Notes: generated by a model not told the origin, from the letters alone. Shown: positions 1 through 10,874, counted from the first letter of the stretch. The stretch: 64,000 nt of DNA from Comamonas sp. (GCA_040514115.1 JBEVDH010000044.1:285-64284), one strand, 5' to 3'. A program made the numbers and translations.

Positions 1-504
1 TTCGCGAAACAATCCCTGATAAAGACCGCGTGTGGCCCTTTGCACGGAAAACAGCACCAGGCCCGCGGTTTCGCGGTCGATGCGGTGGATCGGCGAGAGC
101 TCGGGCACATCGAACTCGCGCTTGAGGCGCACCAGCAAGCTGTTTTGCAGGAAGCGCCCGGCCGGCACCACGGGCAGAAAATGCGGCTTGTCGGCCACCA
201 GCAGGTGCGCATCGCGAAACAGTACCTGGGCCTCGAAGGGCAGCGGCGCCTCGTGCTCCAGCGTGCGGTAGTAATAAAGCCGCAGTCCGGACACCAGCGC
301 GCGCTCGGGGCCCACGCGCTGCCCATGCTCATCGACCACCTCGCCGGCCTCCATGCGGGCCTGCCACTGGGCCCGCGAGACGGCCGGCAGGCGCCGGGCC
401 AGAAAATCGAGCATGCTGCCCGCCCCCTGGGTCGGCAGGACAATGCAGCTCGGGCTGACCCCGTCGCGCAGGGGCAGGACTTTGGGATCGTGCGGATTGT
501 GCAT
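1..504 (-). CDS. RluA-family pseudouridine synthase (3' end runs off the window)
   Basis: Manual minus-strand translation from ATG at 504 gives MHNPHDPKVLPLRDGVSPS...LLVADKPHFLP...PIHRIDRETAGLVLFS, i.e. the xxKP motif and catalytic HRxD motif. Absent from the ORF track because it has no stop inside the window. Confidence 0.88.
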   Translation of the reverse strand, partial: MHNPHDPKVLPLRDGVSPSCIVLPTQGAGSMLDFLARRLPAVSRAQWQARMEAGEVVDEHGQRVGPERALVSGLRLYYYRTLEHEAPLPFEAQVLFRDAHLLVADKPHFLPVVPAGRFLQNSLLVRLKREFDVPELSPIHRIDRETAGLVLFSVQRATRGLYQGLFRE

Positions 505-690
505 GGCGGCGTGATTCTAGCTGCAGCCCGGGAACCGGCGGCGCGGACCGCCATTTTGTAAGCCAATGGCGCGAGCGTGTGCGCGGGCCTTGGATGCGCA
601 AGGATGCGAAGCTAGGATGCAGGCATGCGGTAGCCCGCGCACGCCCAGGCTCCCCTGGCCGCGCATCGCCAGGTTGCACCAACATCTCCC

Positions 691-2976
691 ATGACCCAGC
701 AAAACACACCCGACACCTCGCCCACCCGTCCCGATCCGGCAACCCCCAAGCCCCGGCGCCACCGCGTCCTGCGCTGGGTGGCCGGCATCGTGGCCGTGCT
801 GCTGGCGCTGCTGGTCGCGCTGATCCTGTTCATCGTCTATTTCGACCTGAACCGCGCCAAGCCCTGGATCGAGCAGAAGGTCAGCGAGGGCACGGGCCGC
901 AGCTTTTCCATCTCCGGGCCGCTGTCTGCCGACTGGCACTGGCCGCAGCCGCTCGATACCGGCTGGCGCCGCTGGATTCCCGGCGTCACCGTGCATGCCG
1001 AGCAGCTGGAACTGGGCAACCCGGTGGATTTCACCACCCCCGAAGCGCCTGCCAGCGCTGCAACCGGCCTGCCGGCATTGCCCGGGCGCAAGGGGCTGGG
1101 CATGCCCGTGCCCGGCGCACAAGGCGAAGCTGCCGATGCCAAGGCGACGCCCGGCAAGCCCGATGGCGCCCCGCAGAAGGTGACAACGTCGGCCAAGGCG
1201 GCAGACGCTGCGCCGGCCAATGAGGCAGCGGACGCGGCACGCGACCCCGCCACCATGGCCAGCATTGGCCATGCCAGCGCCTCGCTGCGCCTGTGGCCGC
1301 TGCTGGCGCGCAGCATCCAGATCGACACGCTGGTGCTCGATGAACCCGACATCGTGCTCGCACGGCGCAAGGATGGCAAGGCCAACTGGCAGTTCGAGCG
1401 CCGCGAACCCAGTGCCCAGCCCTGGGAATTCGATCTCGGTGAGCTTCGCATCCAGCACGGCTGGCTGGGGTATGTCGATGGCACCATGGATCTGGCCATC
1501 CGCGCACGCCTGGCCTCCATTGACAATGCGCCTGCAGACAGCCCCTACGGCCTGGGCTTTGCAGTGACGGGCCGCTATGGCAAGGCCCAGGTCACGGGCC
1601 AGGGCAAGGCCGGCCCGGTGCTGAGCCTGCGCGAGCAGAAAGTGGACTACCCGTTGCAATTGTCGGCACGCGCGGGCAGCGTCACGGCCTCGGCCGAGGG
1701 CATCCTGGCCAACCCGAGCAAACTCTCGGGCCTGGATTTCGACGTCGCACTCAAGGCCGCGAGCATGGCCGATCTCTACCCCCTCACGGGCCTGGTGCTG
1801 CCCAATACCCCGGCGTTCGAGACCCGTGGGCATCTGACGGGCAGCCTGGAGCCGCAAAAGGCCGTGTGGAAATACGAGCAATTCAAGGGCAAGGTCGGCC
1901 GCAGCGATCTCGCCGGCAGCCTGACCTACACCTCGGCCAAGCCGCGGCCACGGCTTGAAGGCTTCATGCGCTCGGAGCAGCTGCGCCTGGCCGATCTGGT
2001 GCCCGTGCTGGGCACGTCCGAAGCCAAGGCCCAGCGCGCCAAGGCCACGGGCGGCAAGATCCTGCCGGACGAGACTTTCGACATTGGCCGCTGGAACGCC
2101 ATGGACCTCGATCTGAAGTTCGACGGCAAGCACATCGTGGGCTCCGACAAGCTGCCCATCGACGCCCTGAGCACCCATGCAGTGCTCAAGAACGGCGTGC
2201 TGCGCCTGGACCCGCTGCGCTTTGACGTTGCCAAGGGCAAGTTCAATACCGTGCTAGTGCTCGACAGCAACAAGAAGCCGCTGCAGGGCGAGATCCGCGG
2301 CACGGTGGCCGGCCTGAAGCTCTCGGCACTGTTCCCCAAGGTCGCGCTGATGGAGAAAAGCCTGGGCCAGATGGATGGCGCGGTGGCGCTCACGGCCCAG
2401 GGCAACTCGGTGGCCAAGCTGCTGGGCACAAGCACCGGCGAATTCAAGCTCTATGTGCGCAACGGGACGCTGAGCGCCGAACTGCTCGATCTGGCCGCCC
2501 TCAACGTCGGCAGCGTCGTGGTCGCCAAGCTGTTTGGCGACGATCGCGAGGTGCAGCTGCAGTGCGCGGTGGCGGACTTCGCGGTGAACCAGGGCGTGGC
2601 GCGCGCCCGCGTTGCCAAGCTGGCGACGCCCGAAGCCAATGTCGAGATGACCGGCACCATCGACCTGGGCCGCGAGCTGTTCGACCTGAACATCAAGCCC
2701 GAGTCGCTGAAGTGGAAGTTCTTCTCGCTGCGCACGCCGCTGTACGTGCGCGGTCCCTTCTCGCAGCCCAAGGTCCGCCCGGAAATCGCCCCCCTGGCGC
2801 TGCGCGCCGGCGCAGCCGTGGTGGCCGCGGCCATTGCCCCGGTGGCGCTGGCACTGCTGCCGATCACCGTGCCGGCCGCTGAGGATGATGCCAACTGCGG
2901 CGCGCTGCTGGCGGCGGGCCGGGCCCAGGTGCAGGCCGGCCCGAAGGGCGCCAACAAGCCGGCGCGCGCCAAGTGA
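691..2976 (+). CDS. AsmA-family (YhjG-like) envelope protein
   Basis: 761 aa; N-terminal TM anchor, then FDLNRAKPWIEQKVSEGTGR, long beta-rich body, C-terminal SLRTPLYVRGPFSQP. Confidence 0.85.
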   Translation: MTQQNTPDTSPTRPDPATPKPRRHRVLRWVAGIVAVLLALLVALILFIVYFDLNRAKPWIEQKVSEGTGRSFSISGPLSADWHWPQPLDTGWRRWIPGVTVHAEQLELGNPVDFTTPEAPASAATGLPALPGRKGLGMPVPGAQGEAADAKATPGKPDGAPQKVTTSAKAADAAPANEAADAARDPATMASIGHASASLRLWPLLARSIQIDTLVLDEPDIVLARRKDGKANWQFERREPSAQPWEFDLGELRIQHGWLGYVDGTMDLAIRARLASIDNAPADSPYGLGFAVTGRYGKAQVTGQGKAGPVLSLREQKVDYPLQLSARAGSVTASAEGILANPSKLSGLDFDVALKAASMADLYPLTGLVLPNTPAFETRGHLTGSLEPQKAVWKYEQFKGKVGRSDLAGSLTYTSAKPRPRLEGFMRSEQLRLADLVPVLGTSEAKAQRAKATGGKILPDETFDIGRWNAMDLDLKFDGKHIVGSDKLPIDALSTHAVLKNGVLRLDPLRFDVAKGKFNTVLVLDSNKKPLQGEIRGTVAGLKLSALFPKVALMEKSLGQMDGAVALTAQGNSVAKLLGTSTGEFKLYVRNGTLSAELLDLAALNVGSVVVAKLFGDDREVQLQCAVADFAVNQGVARARVAKLATPEANVEMTGTIDLGRELFDLNIKPESLKWKFFSLRTPLYVRGPFSQPKVRPEIAPLALRAGAAVVAAAIAPVALALLPITVPAAEDDANCGALLAAGRAQVQAGPKGANKPARAK

Positions 2977-2991
2977 TCGAGGCGGCGCGCC

Positions 2992-4359
2992 TCAGGGTTC
3001 CTGCGGCGCGCTGGCGGCTTGCCCCGCAGTGCAGGCCTGGCACCAATCGGCCAACGCCTCGTCGATCGGCGTGGCGCGCTCAAGCAGCTGCGGCCAGCGC
3101 CGCAGACAGCTGTGGGCAATGGTTTCCACTTGCCACACCGCCTCGCGGTGCAGCAGCGCCAGCTCGGCCATGCCCTGCAGGTCATCCTTCAGATAACCCA
3201 GCAGATCGCCGAGTTGCTTGGGGTGCGAGCCGGCCTGCGCCAGCTCCTGCTCCAATGCCTTGAGGCGCCCGTCAAGCCAGACCACGGCACGGTCCGCCGG
3301 CCGCGGCGTGGTCTTGGGGGCCGCCGGCGCCAGGGCCGGCGCAGCAAAGGGCACCCGCAACTGCGCCCAATGCGCAAAGCGCTCGCCCAGCACCGCCCCC
3401 ATGGCCTGCACCTCGGCCATCAGCGGCTCGATCTCCAGCCCGGCATCGACGTCCACCGCCAGCAGCGGCAAGATCTTCTCGACCAGGTCGGGTGGATAGC
3501 GCCGGTGGTTCATGCGCAGCATCAGCGACAGCCGCGGTCCGGGCATATCGGCATATTTTTCGTGGAAGGCCGACACCACCTCGGCCAGGATCAGCATCTG
3601 TCCCATCGGCGAGATCTGCTCGCGCTGCAGCCCGCGCGGGTAGCCGCTGCCATCGAGACATTCATGGTGTTCGAGCACCGCGGTCTGCACGGCGGCCGTG
3701 TAGACATGCTGCTCGCGCAGCACCCACATCGCCGTCACCGAATGCGCGACCAGCTGCTTGCGCTCCTCCGGGCTCAGCTTGTGCGACGCATCGGTCCATG
3801 CCGGCGGCATGTACAGCATGCCGATGTCATGCAGCAATCCGGCGGCGGCCAGCGGCACGCAATCGCGCTCGCTCCAGCCGGCCTTGAGCGCAAGATAGAG
3901 CGCGACCAGCATCATCTGCAGGCTGTGGCTATAGAGTTCGGGGCGCTGCTCGCGCATCAGCGTGAGCTTGAAGGCAATGGGCGTGGGCAGCGGCATGAAG
4001 CGCAGCGGCGCGAGCAACCGGCCGACGCCGCCCAGCGCCTCGGCCAGGCGCCGCACCAGGGGCATGGCTTCACACTGCACCAGGACCTCGGCCTCGATGG
4101 ACTGGATGCAGACCATGTTGTCGACCATCAGATTGTGGTCGATGGCCTCGCGCAAGGGCGCCCGCACCAGGCGGTCGTAGAGACGGCTGTCGATACGCGC
4201 ACCGCTCTCCACGAGCTTGATGCCCCGATCGGTGTAGATCGGACTGTGCGTGATGACATTGTCCTTCTCGGCCATCTGCGTGATCGCCCGCAGGAAATGC
4301 TCGCTATCGCGCAGGTCTTCCGGCACCGCATCCTGTTGTGGGAGAGCAGTTGTTGACAT
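2992..4359 (-). CDS. HD-GYP domain protein (c-di-GMP phosphodiesterase-like, possibly degenerate)
   Basis: LLHDIG and HHECLDGSGYP motifs. Confidence 0.85.
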   Translation of the reverse strand: MSTTALPQQDAVPEDLRDSEHFLRAITQMAEKDNVITHSPIYTDRGIKLVESGARIDSRLYDRLVRAPLREAIDHNLMVDNMVCIQSIEAEVLVQCEAMPLVRRLAEALGGVGRLLAPLRFMPLPTPIAFKLTLMREQRPELYSHSLQMMLVALYLALKAGWSERDCVPLAAAGLLHDIGMLYMPPAWTDASHKLSPEERKQLVAHSVTAMWVLREQHVYTAAVQTAVLEHHECLDGSGYPRGLQREQISPMGQMLILAEVVSAFHEKYADMPGPRLSLMLRMNHRRYPPDLVEKILPLLAVDVDAGLEIEPLMAEVQAMGAVLGERFAHWAQLRVPFAAPALAPAAPKTTPRPADRAVVWLDGRLKALEQELAQAGSHPKQLGDLLGYLKDDLQGMAELALLHREAVWQVETIAHSCLRRWPQLLERATPIDEALADWCQACTAGQAASAPQEP

Positions 4360-4478
4360 TCGTTCGGATTTTTTGAAACAAGCCGTAAATATACGACCTT
4401 GCGCAAGCCCTGGCTACGCGTGCGGTGCGCAATGAAAATGGCCCTTGCGGGCCATGGTTCGGAACGCCGGTTGCGGAC

Positions 4479-5117
4479 TCAGCGCAGCAGCGTGACGCCG
4501 GTCTGCTCCTGGACCTGCGCGAACTCCACGCCCGGTGCCAGCTCGACGACCTTCAGGCCCTCGGGGATGACGTCGAACACGCCCAGGTCGGTGATGATGC
4601 GGTCGACCACGCCCACGCCGGTCAACGGCAGCGTGCACTGCGGCAGGATCTTCAAGTCCGTGGTGCCGTCCTTTTTCTTCGCGACATGCTCCATCAGCAC
4701 GATGACGCGCTTCACGCCGGCCACCAGGTCCATGGCGCCGCCCATGCCCTTGACCATCTTGCCCGGGATCATCCAGTTGGCCAGGTCACCCTTCTCGCTG
4801 ACCTGCATCGCGCCCAGGATCGACAGGTTGATCTTGCCGCCGCGGATCATGGCGAACGACTGGTCGCTGCCGAAGATTGCCGAACCGGGAATGGTGGTCA
4901 CGGTCTGCTTGCCGGCGTTGATCAGGTCGGCGTCGACCTGCTCCTCGGTCGGAAAAGCGCCGATGCCGAGCATGCCGTTTTCCGACTGCAGCCACACTTC
5001 CTTGTCGCCCGTGTGGTTGGCCACCAGCGTCGGAATACCGATGCCCAGGTTCACATAGAAGCCGTCTTCGAGTTCCTGCGCCGCGCGCGCAGCCATCTGG
5101 TCTTGGGTCCACGCCAT
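4479..5117 (-). CDS. scoB: 3-oxoacid CoA-transferase subunit B
   Basis: [13 protein letters not shown] with catalytic Glu, GMGGAMDL. Confidence 0.93.
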   Translation of the reverse strand: MAWTQDQMAARAAQELEDGFYVNLGIGIPTLVANHTGDKEVWLQSENGMLGIGAFPTEEQVDADLINAGKQTVTTIPGSAIFGSDQSFAMIRGGKINLSILGAMQVSEKGDLANWMIPGKMVKGMGGAMDLVAGVKRVIVLMEHVAKKKDGTTDLKILPQCTLPLTGVGVVDRIITDLGVFDVIPEGLKVVELAPGVEFAQVQEQTGVTLLR

Positions 5118-5119
5118 GG

Positions 5120-5827
5120 TCAGGCTCCTTGCTTTGCGGTAACGGTGCGCTTTTCAATGCGCTTTTCGGGGTTCGGGTTGTGCACGATGCGGTGCACGTA
5201 GATACCCGGCAGGTGGATGTCGTCGGGCGCGATCGCACCGACTTCGACCACCTCCTCGACCTCGACGATGCAGACCTTGCCGGCGGTGGCCGCGGCGGGG
5301 TTGAAGTTGCGCGCCGTCAGGCGGAACTGCAGATTGCCGCTCTTGTCGGCGCGGTGCGCCTTGACCAGCGACACCTCGGGCACCAGCGAGCGCTCCATCA
5401 CATAGGTTTCGCCGTCGAACTCGCGCAGTTCCTTGCCTTCGGCCACGAGCGTGCCCACGCCGGTCTTGGTGAAGAACGCCGGGATACCCGCGCCGCCCGC
5501 GCGCAGCTTTTCCGCCAGCGTACCCTGGGGCGTGAATTCGAGCTCGAGCTCGCCCGCCAGGTACTGACGCTCGAACTCCTTGTTCTCGCCCACGTACGAG
5601 GAAATCATCTTCTTGATCTGGCGGGTCTCGAGCAGCTTGCCCAGGCCGAAGCCGTCGACGCCCGCATTGTTCGAGATCACCGTCAGGTTCTTCACGCCGG
5701 TATCGCGCAGCGCATCGATCAGCGCCTCGGGAATGCCGCACAGGCCGAAGCCGCCGACGGCCAGCATCTGGCCATCGGCCACCACGCCGGCAAGCGCCTC
5801 GGACGCCGAGGGATAAAGCTTTTTCAC
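5120..5827 (-). CDS. scoA: 3-oxoacid CoA-transferase subunit A
   Basis: GTG start at 5827 after CAGGAG RBS; [10 protein letters not shown] and [19 protein letters not shown]; adjacent to subunit B. Confidence 0.92.
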   Translation of the reverse strand: MKKLYPSASEALAGVVADGQMLAVGGFGLCGIPEALIDALRDTGVKNLTVISNNAGVDGFGLGKLLETRQIKKMISSYVGENKEFERQYLAGELELEFTPQGTLAEKLRAGGAGIPAFFTKTGVGTLVAEGKELREFDGETYVMERSLVPEVSLVKAHRADKSGNLQFRLTARNFNPAAATAGKVCIVEVEEVVEVGAIAPDDIHLPGIYVHRIVHNPNPEKRIEKRTVTAKQGA

Positions 5828-5860
5828 TGTTGTCTCCTGGTAAGGGGTATTCGCCACGAT

Positions 5861-5882
5861 ACTACGTAGCGAACTACGTAGT
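5861..5882. promoter_or_regulatory. Candidate operator, perfect inverted repeat ACTACGTAG-CGAA-CTACGTAGT
   Basis: Lies in the 75-bp divergent gap between scoA and the PAS-LuxR regulator gene. Confidence 0.55.
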
Positions 5883-5902
5883 TTTTCGTAAAGACTTGCA
5901 CT

Positions 5903-6445
5903 ATGACCAACGACTACCGGCTGGCTTTCGAGATGGCGCCCGTGGGCCTGGCCATTTCGCGCAACCGCGTCATGACCGATTGCAACCAGCAACTGTGCAC
6001 CATGTTTGGCGCGTCGCGCGAGCTGCTGGTCGGTCAGTCCTTTCAGATTCTCTATCCATCCGTCGAAGAGTATGAACGCCTGGGCGTGCGCATGGCCCCG
6101 ATCCTCAGCGCCACGGGCCTGTATTCGGACAGCCGCATCATGCAGCGCGCCAGCGGCGAAGCCTTCTGGTGCCATGTGTCGGGGCGCACGCTCGAGCGCG
6201 ACAGTCCGCATGCGGCCGGCGTCTGGAGCTTCGAGGACCTGAGTGCGCAGCGCCCGGTCAAGGCCGGGCTCACCGGACGCGAGCGCGAGGTCGCGGCCAA
6301 GCTGCTCGAAGGCATGACCTCGAAGGAAATGGGCAGGGCCCTGGGGATCAGCTACCGCACGGTGGAGATCTACCGCTCGCGCCTGATGCGCAAATACGGC
6401 GCCAGCACGGCCGCCGACCTGGTGCGCAAGCTGACGCTGGGCTAG
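5903..6445 (+). CDS. PAS + LuxR-type HTH transcriptional regulator
   Basis: N-terminal PAS (AFEMAPVG...[10 protein letters not shown]); C-terminal LTGREREVA...[22 protein letters not shown]. Confidence 0.9.
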   Translation: MTNDYRLAFEMAPVGLAISRNRVMTDCNQQLCTMFGASRELLVGQSFQILYPSVEEYERLGVRMAPILSATGLYSDSRIMQRASGEAFWCHVSGRTLERDSPHAAGVWSFEDLSAQRPVKAGLTGREREVAAKLLEGMTSKEMGRALGISYRTVEIYRSRLMRKYGASTAADLVRKLTLG

Positions 6446-6522
6446 GCGCAACGGCCGCCTGCATGGGAAAAAAATTGCTATCGCGCTCTTGCAAACATGC
6501 AATCGGCGCAAGCCCGCGGCGC

Positions 6523-6568
6523 ATAGTTCTTGACTAATAATTATTTACGTCCAATAGCAAACCCTCAA
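6523..6568 (+). promoter_or_regulatory. Possible OxyR-type binding site upstream of catalase
   Basis: AT-rich stretch with ATAG-N7-CTAA (6523-6537) and ATAG-N7-TCAA (6554-6568), resembling ATAG-N7-CTAT. Confidence 0.4.
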
Positions 6569-6584
6569 AATTGAAAGATTCCGC

Positions 6585-8030
6585 ATGAACAAGCTCACCA
6601 CCGTTGCCGGTGCCCCAGTGGCCAACAACCAGGATTCGATGACCGCCGGCCCGCGCGGCCCCATGCTGCTCCAAGACATCTGGCACCTGGAAAAGCTCGC
6701 CCACTTCAACCGCGAAGTGATTCCCGAGCGCCGCATGCATGCCAAGGGCTCGGGCGCGTTCGGCACCTTCACCGTGACCGGTGACATCACGCGCTTCACC
6801 AAGGCAAAGATCTTTTCGGAAATCGGCAAGTCCACCGAGATGTTCGCGCGCTTTTCCACCGTGGCCGGCGAGCGCGGCGCGGCCGATGCCGAGCGCGACA
6901 TCCGGGGCTTCGCGATGAAGTTCTACACCGAGGAAGGCAACTGGGACATGGTCGGCAACAACACGCCGGTGTTCTTCTTTCGCGACCCGCTCAAGTTCCC
7001 CGACCTGAACAAGGCCGTCAAGCGCGACCCCTACACCAACATGCGCTCGGCCGAGAGCAACTGGGACTTCTGGACCGGCCTGCCCGAGGCGCTGCACCAG
7101 ATCACCATCGTCATGAGCGACCGCGGCATCCCCAAGGATTACCGCCACATGCATGGCTTCGGCTCGCACACCTACAGCTTCTACAACGCCCAGAACGAAC
7201 GCTTCTACGTGAAGTTCCACTTCGTGAGCCAGCAGGGCATCGAGAACCTGACCGATGCCGAGGCCGCGGCCGTCGTGGCCGGCGACCGCGAAAGCGGGCA
7301 GCGCGACCTGCTGGGCGCGATCGAGCGCGGCGAGTTCCCCAAGTGGAAGCTGTGCGTGCAGGTCATGCCCGAAGCCGAGGCCGACACCTACCGCTTCCAC
7401 CCGTTTGACCTGACCAAGGTCTGGAGCAAGAAGGACTATCCGCTGATCGAGGTCGGCATCGTCGAGCTCAACCGCAATGCGCGCAACTACCACGCCGACG
7501 TCGAACAGGCATCGTTCACCCCCGCCAACCTGGTTCCCGGCATCGGCGTCTCGCCCGACCGCATGCTGCAGTCGCGCCTGTTTGCCTATGGCGACGCAGC
7601 GCGTTACCGCCTGGGCGTGAACCACCACAGCATTCCGGTCAACGCGCCGCGCTGCCCGGTGCACTCCTACCACCGCGACGGCGCGATGCGCGTCGATGGC
7701 AACTTCGGCGCCACCATTGCCTACGAGCCCAACACGCGCGGCGAATGGCAGCAGCAGCCCGCATTCCAGGAGCCGCCGCTGGCCCTGCATGGCGCGGCCG
7801 ACCGCTGGAACTACCGTGAAGACGACAACGACTACTTCACCCAGCCCGGGGACCTGTTTCGCCTGCTCGCGCCCGATGCGCAGCAGCGCCTGTTCGACAA
7901 CACCGCGCGCAACATTGCCGGCGTGTCCGAGCACATCGTGCAAAAGCACATTGCCCACTGCACCCAGGCCGATCCAGCCTATGGCGCGGGGGTGACACGG
8001 GCCATCGAGGCGCTCAAGGCCGGCCGATAG
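6585..8030 (+). CDS. katA: Monofunctional heme catalase (small-subunit type)
   Basis: [15 protein letters not shown] active-site signature and RLFAYGDA proximal Tyr motif; 481 aa. Confidence 0.95.
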   Translation: MNKLTTVAGAPVANNQDSMTAGPRGPMLLQDIWHLEKLAHFNREVIPERRMHAKGSGAFGTFTVTGDITRFTKAKIFSEIGKSTEMFARFSTVAGERGAADAERDIRGFAMKFYTEEGNWDMVGNNTPVFFFRDPLKFPDLNKAVKRDPYTNMRSAESNWDFWTGLPEALHQITIVMSDRGIPKDYRHMHGFGSHTYSFYNAQNERFYVKFHFVSQQGIENLTDAEAAAVVAGDRESGQRDLLGAIERGEFPKWKLCVQVMPEAEADTYRFHPFDLTKVWSKKDYPLIEVGIVELNRNARNYHADVEQASFTPANLVPGIGVSPDRMLQSRLFAYGDAARYRLGVNHHSIPVNAPRCPVHSYHRDGAMRVDGNFGATIAYEPNTRGEWQQQPAFQEPPLALHGAADRWNYREDDNDYFTQPGDLFRLLAPDAQQRLFDNTARNIAGVSEHIVQKHIAHCTQADPAYGAGVTRAIEALKAGR

Positions 8031-8118
8031 GCGCCGCGCGGGCACGGCTTCTGGATTGTGCGCATGGCGCCGATCCAGGCCGCGCACTATGCTGGGTTTT
8101 CTTCAGGAGATCCCCGCC

Positions 8119-8700
8119 ATGTCGCCCCGCTACCCCTTCCCCGCCGTCAATGACCTGCCCGAGGACATCCGCGCGCGCATCCTTGAGGTCCAGGAAAAAG
8201 CCGGCTTCATTCCCAACGTATTTCTCGCATTCGCGCGCCGCCCGGCCGAGTGGCGCGCGTTCTTTGCCTATCACGACGCGCTGATGCTCAAGGAGGAAGG
8301 CTCGCTGAGCAAGGGCGAGCGCGAGATGATCGTCACCGTGACCAGCGCCGCCAACCAATGCCTGTACTGCGTCGTGGCCCACGGCGCGATCCTGCGCATC
8401 TACGAGAAGAAGCCGCTGCTGGCCGACCAGCTGGCCGTCAACTACCGCAAGGCCGACATCTCCCCGCGCGAGCGCGCGATGCTGAACTTCGCGATGAAGG
8501 TCGCCGCGCGCAGCCATGAAGTCGAAGACAGCGATTTCACCGTGCTGCATGCCCATGGCTTCGATGACGAAGACATCTGGGATATCGCGGCCATCACCGC
8601 GTTCTTTGGCCTCTCCAACCGCATGGCCAGCTTTGCCGGCATGCAGCCCAACCCGGAATTCTTCCTGATGGGGCGGGTGCCGAAGGCGAAGGCGCAGTAG
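8119..8700 (+). CDS. AhpD/CMD-family peroxidase-related enzyme
   Basis: EREMIVTVTSAANQCLYCVVAHG (CxxC..H); ATG at 8119 after AGGAG. Confidence 0.88.
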   Translation: MSPRYPFPAVNDLPEDIRARILEVQEKAGFIPNVFLAFARRPAEWRAFFAYHDALMLKEEGSLSKGEREMIVTVTSAANQCLYCVVAHGAILRIYEKKPLLADQLAVNYRKADISPRERAMLNFAMKVAARSHEVEDSDFTVLHAHGFDDEDIWDIAAITAFFGLSNRMASFAGMQPNPEFFLMGRVPKAKAQ

Positions 8701-8733
8701 GCGGGCCATGCTGGCACGGAGGGCGCTCGGTCA

Positions 8734-8840
8734 CCCTTCGACCGGTCCGCGCAGGCAGGCTCGCGGCGAACGGTGTTGACCCCCTTCGACGAGCTTGAGG
8801 CGAACGGTGTTGATCCGTTCGTCCTGAGCCTTTCAAAGGA
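8734..8840. repeat. REP-like hairpin repeat cluster A
   Basis: Two degenerate CCCTTCGAC...GAACGG units plus an inverted unit CCGTTCGTCCTGAGCCTTTCAAAGGA at 8815-8840. Confidence 0.75.
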
Positions 8841-8984
8841 CGAGCGGTCTGCCCCGCCACGCGTAAAAAATCCGACGTAACAAAATCCCCCAGTCCCTGC
8901 GCATAGAATCACCCGCTGCTGGAGTGCGCCCAGGGAGGGGGTACGCCATGACGCCTATCCATCTGTATCAAAAAGAGACGCCCG

Positions 8985-10706
8985 ATGACAAACGATGAAA
9001 TCCTGGCCCAGTACGGCCCCCGCGAGGCCATGGAGTACGACGTGGTGGTGGTCGGGGGCGGCCCCGGCGGCCTGTCGACCGCGATCCGCCTCAAGCAACT
9101 GGCCGCGGAAAAAGGCCAGGAGCTGTCGGTCGTGGTGTTGGAAAAGGGCTCGGAGCCCGGCGCCCACATTCTCTCGGGCGCGATCATGGACCCGAAGGCC
9201 CTCACCGAGCTGATTCCCGACTGGAAGAAGCTCGGCGCGCCGCTGAACCAGCCGGTCACCGATGACGCGATGGTGTTCCTGGGCGAGAAATCCTCGCTGC
9301 GCACGCCCAACATGCTGCTGCCGCAGTGCTTTCAGAACCACGGCAACTACATCGTCAGCCTGGGCAATGTCGTGCGCTGGCTGGCCGAGCAGGCCGAAGG
9401 CCTGGGCGTGGAAATCTTCCCCGGCTTCCCCGCGGCCGAGGTGCTCTACAACGAAGACGGCTCGGTCAAGGGCGTGGCCACCGGCAACATGGGCGTGGGC
9501 AAGGACGGTGAGCCCACGGGCGACTTCCAGCTCGGCATGGAGCTGCACGGCAAGTACACGATCTTTGCCGAAGGCTCGCGCGGCCACCTGGGCCGCCAGC
9601 TGATCGCCCGCTACCAGCTCGACGCCGGACGCGATCCGCAGACCTATGGCCTGGGCGTCAAGGAGCTCTGGGAGATCGATCCCGCGCGCCACCAGCCGGG
9701 CTTCGTGCTGCACACCGCGGGCTGGCCGATGAAATCCGACACCTATGGCGGCGCCTTCCTGTACCACATGGAAGACAACAAGGTCACGCTGGGCTATATC
9801 ACCGGCCTCGACTACTCGAACCCGTACCTGAGCCCGTTCGAGGAAATGCAGCGCTGGAAGACGCACCCGAACATCCGCTACTACCTCGAAGGCGACGAAG
9901 CCAAGGGCATCAAGCCGGCCAAGCGCATCGGCTACGGCGCGCGCGCGATCACGGCCGGCGGCCTGCTGTCGCTGCCCAAGCTCGTGTTTCCCGGCGGCGC
10001 GCTGGTTGGCTGCGAGGCGGGCTTTCTCAATGTCAGCCGCATCAAGGGCAGCCACGCGGCGATCAAGACCGGCATGCTCGCGGCCGAAGCCGCGTTCGAT
10101 GCGATCCAGGCCGGTCGCCAGGGCGATGAACTCACCGCTTACGTGACGGCCTTCGAGAACAGCTGGCTGTATGAAGAGCTCAACAAGAGCCGCAACTTCA
10201 AGGCCTGGTTCAAGAAGGGCCTGACCACGGCCACGCTGATGAACGGCATCGAGCAGTTCGTGCTGCGCGGCAACATCCCCTGGACACTGCACCGCGACAA
10301 GCCCGACCACGCCTACCTCAAGCCCGCGGCCGAGTGCAAGCCCATCGTCTATCCCAAACCCGATGGCAAGCTGACCTTCGACCGCCTGTCGAGCGTGTTC
10401 ATCAGCAACACCAACCATGCCGAAGACCAGCCCGCGCACCTGACGCTCAAGGACGCAAGCGTGCCGGTGAACATCAACCTGGCGCGCTATGCCGGGCCCG
10501 AAGCCCGCTACTGCCCGGCTGGCGTCTATGAGTTCGTGCCCGACGAGGCCGCGGGCAGTAATGCCGTGGGCGGGGCCGCACAGCGCCTGCAGATCAACGC
10601 GCAGAACTGCGTGCACTGCAAGACCTGCGACATCAAGGACCCGACGCAGAACATCGTCTGGGTCACGCCCGAAGGCGGCGGCGGCCCGAACTATTCGGGC
10701 ATGTAG
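8985..10706 (+). CDS. Electron transfer flavoprotein-ubiquinone oxidoreductase
   Basis: YDVVVVGGGPGG FAD motif, GAHILSGA, C-terminal YCPAGVYE...CVHCKTC 4Fe-4S ligands. Confidence 0.95.
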   Translation: MTNDEILAQYGPREAMEYDVVVVGGGPGGLSTAIRLKQLAAEKGQELSVVVLEKGSEPGAHILSGAIMDPKALTELIPDWKKLGAPLNQPVTDDAMVFLGEKSSLRTPNMLLPQCFQNHGNYIVSLGNVVRWLAEQAEGLGVEIFPGFPAAEVLYNEDGSVKGVATGNMGVGKDGEPTGDFQLGMELHGKYTIFAEGSRGHLGRQLIARYQLDAGRDPQTYGLGVKELWEIDPARHQPGFVLHTAGWPMKSDTYGGAFLYHMEDNKVTLGYITGLDYSNPYLSPFEEMQRWKTHPNIRYYLEGDEAKGIKPAKRIGYGARAITAGGLLSLPKLVFPGGALVGCEAGFLNVSRIKGSHAAIKTGMLAAEAAFDAIQAGRQGDELTAYVTAFENSWLYEELNKSRNFKAWFKKGLTTATLMNGIEQFVLRGNIPWTLHRDKPDHAYLKPAAECKPIVYPKPDGKLTFDRLSSVFISNTNHAEDQPAHLTLKDASVPVNINLARYAGPEARYCPAGVYEFVPDEAAGSNAVGGAAQRLQINAQNCVHCKTCDIKDPTQNIVWVTPEGGGGPNYSGM

Positions 10707-10723
10707 GCCGAGCTGACCGCGCC

Positions 10724-10752
10724 AAAGGGCCTGCATCGCAGGCCCTTTTTTC
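10724..10752 (+). terminator. Rho-independent terminator
   Basis: AAAGGGCCTGC-ATC-GCAGGCCCTTT hairpin followed by a T-run. Confidence 0.85.
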
Positions 10753-10874
10753 ATCGGCACGCGGGCGTGGATTGAAGGAAGCGGTAATTTCCTACACACA
10801 GAGCCGGTGGACACTCTCGACACTAGCGCTTTGCCATGCAGGCTGGCTTGGTCTGCCCAGCCAAGGAGGTGGCC

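Noticed and set aside
1030-1255. Ala/Pro-rich low-complexity insert in the AsmA protein
   Set aside because: In frame with no nucleotide-level repeat; looks like an ordinary variable linker.
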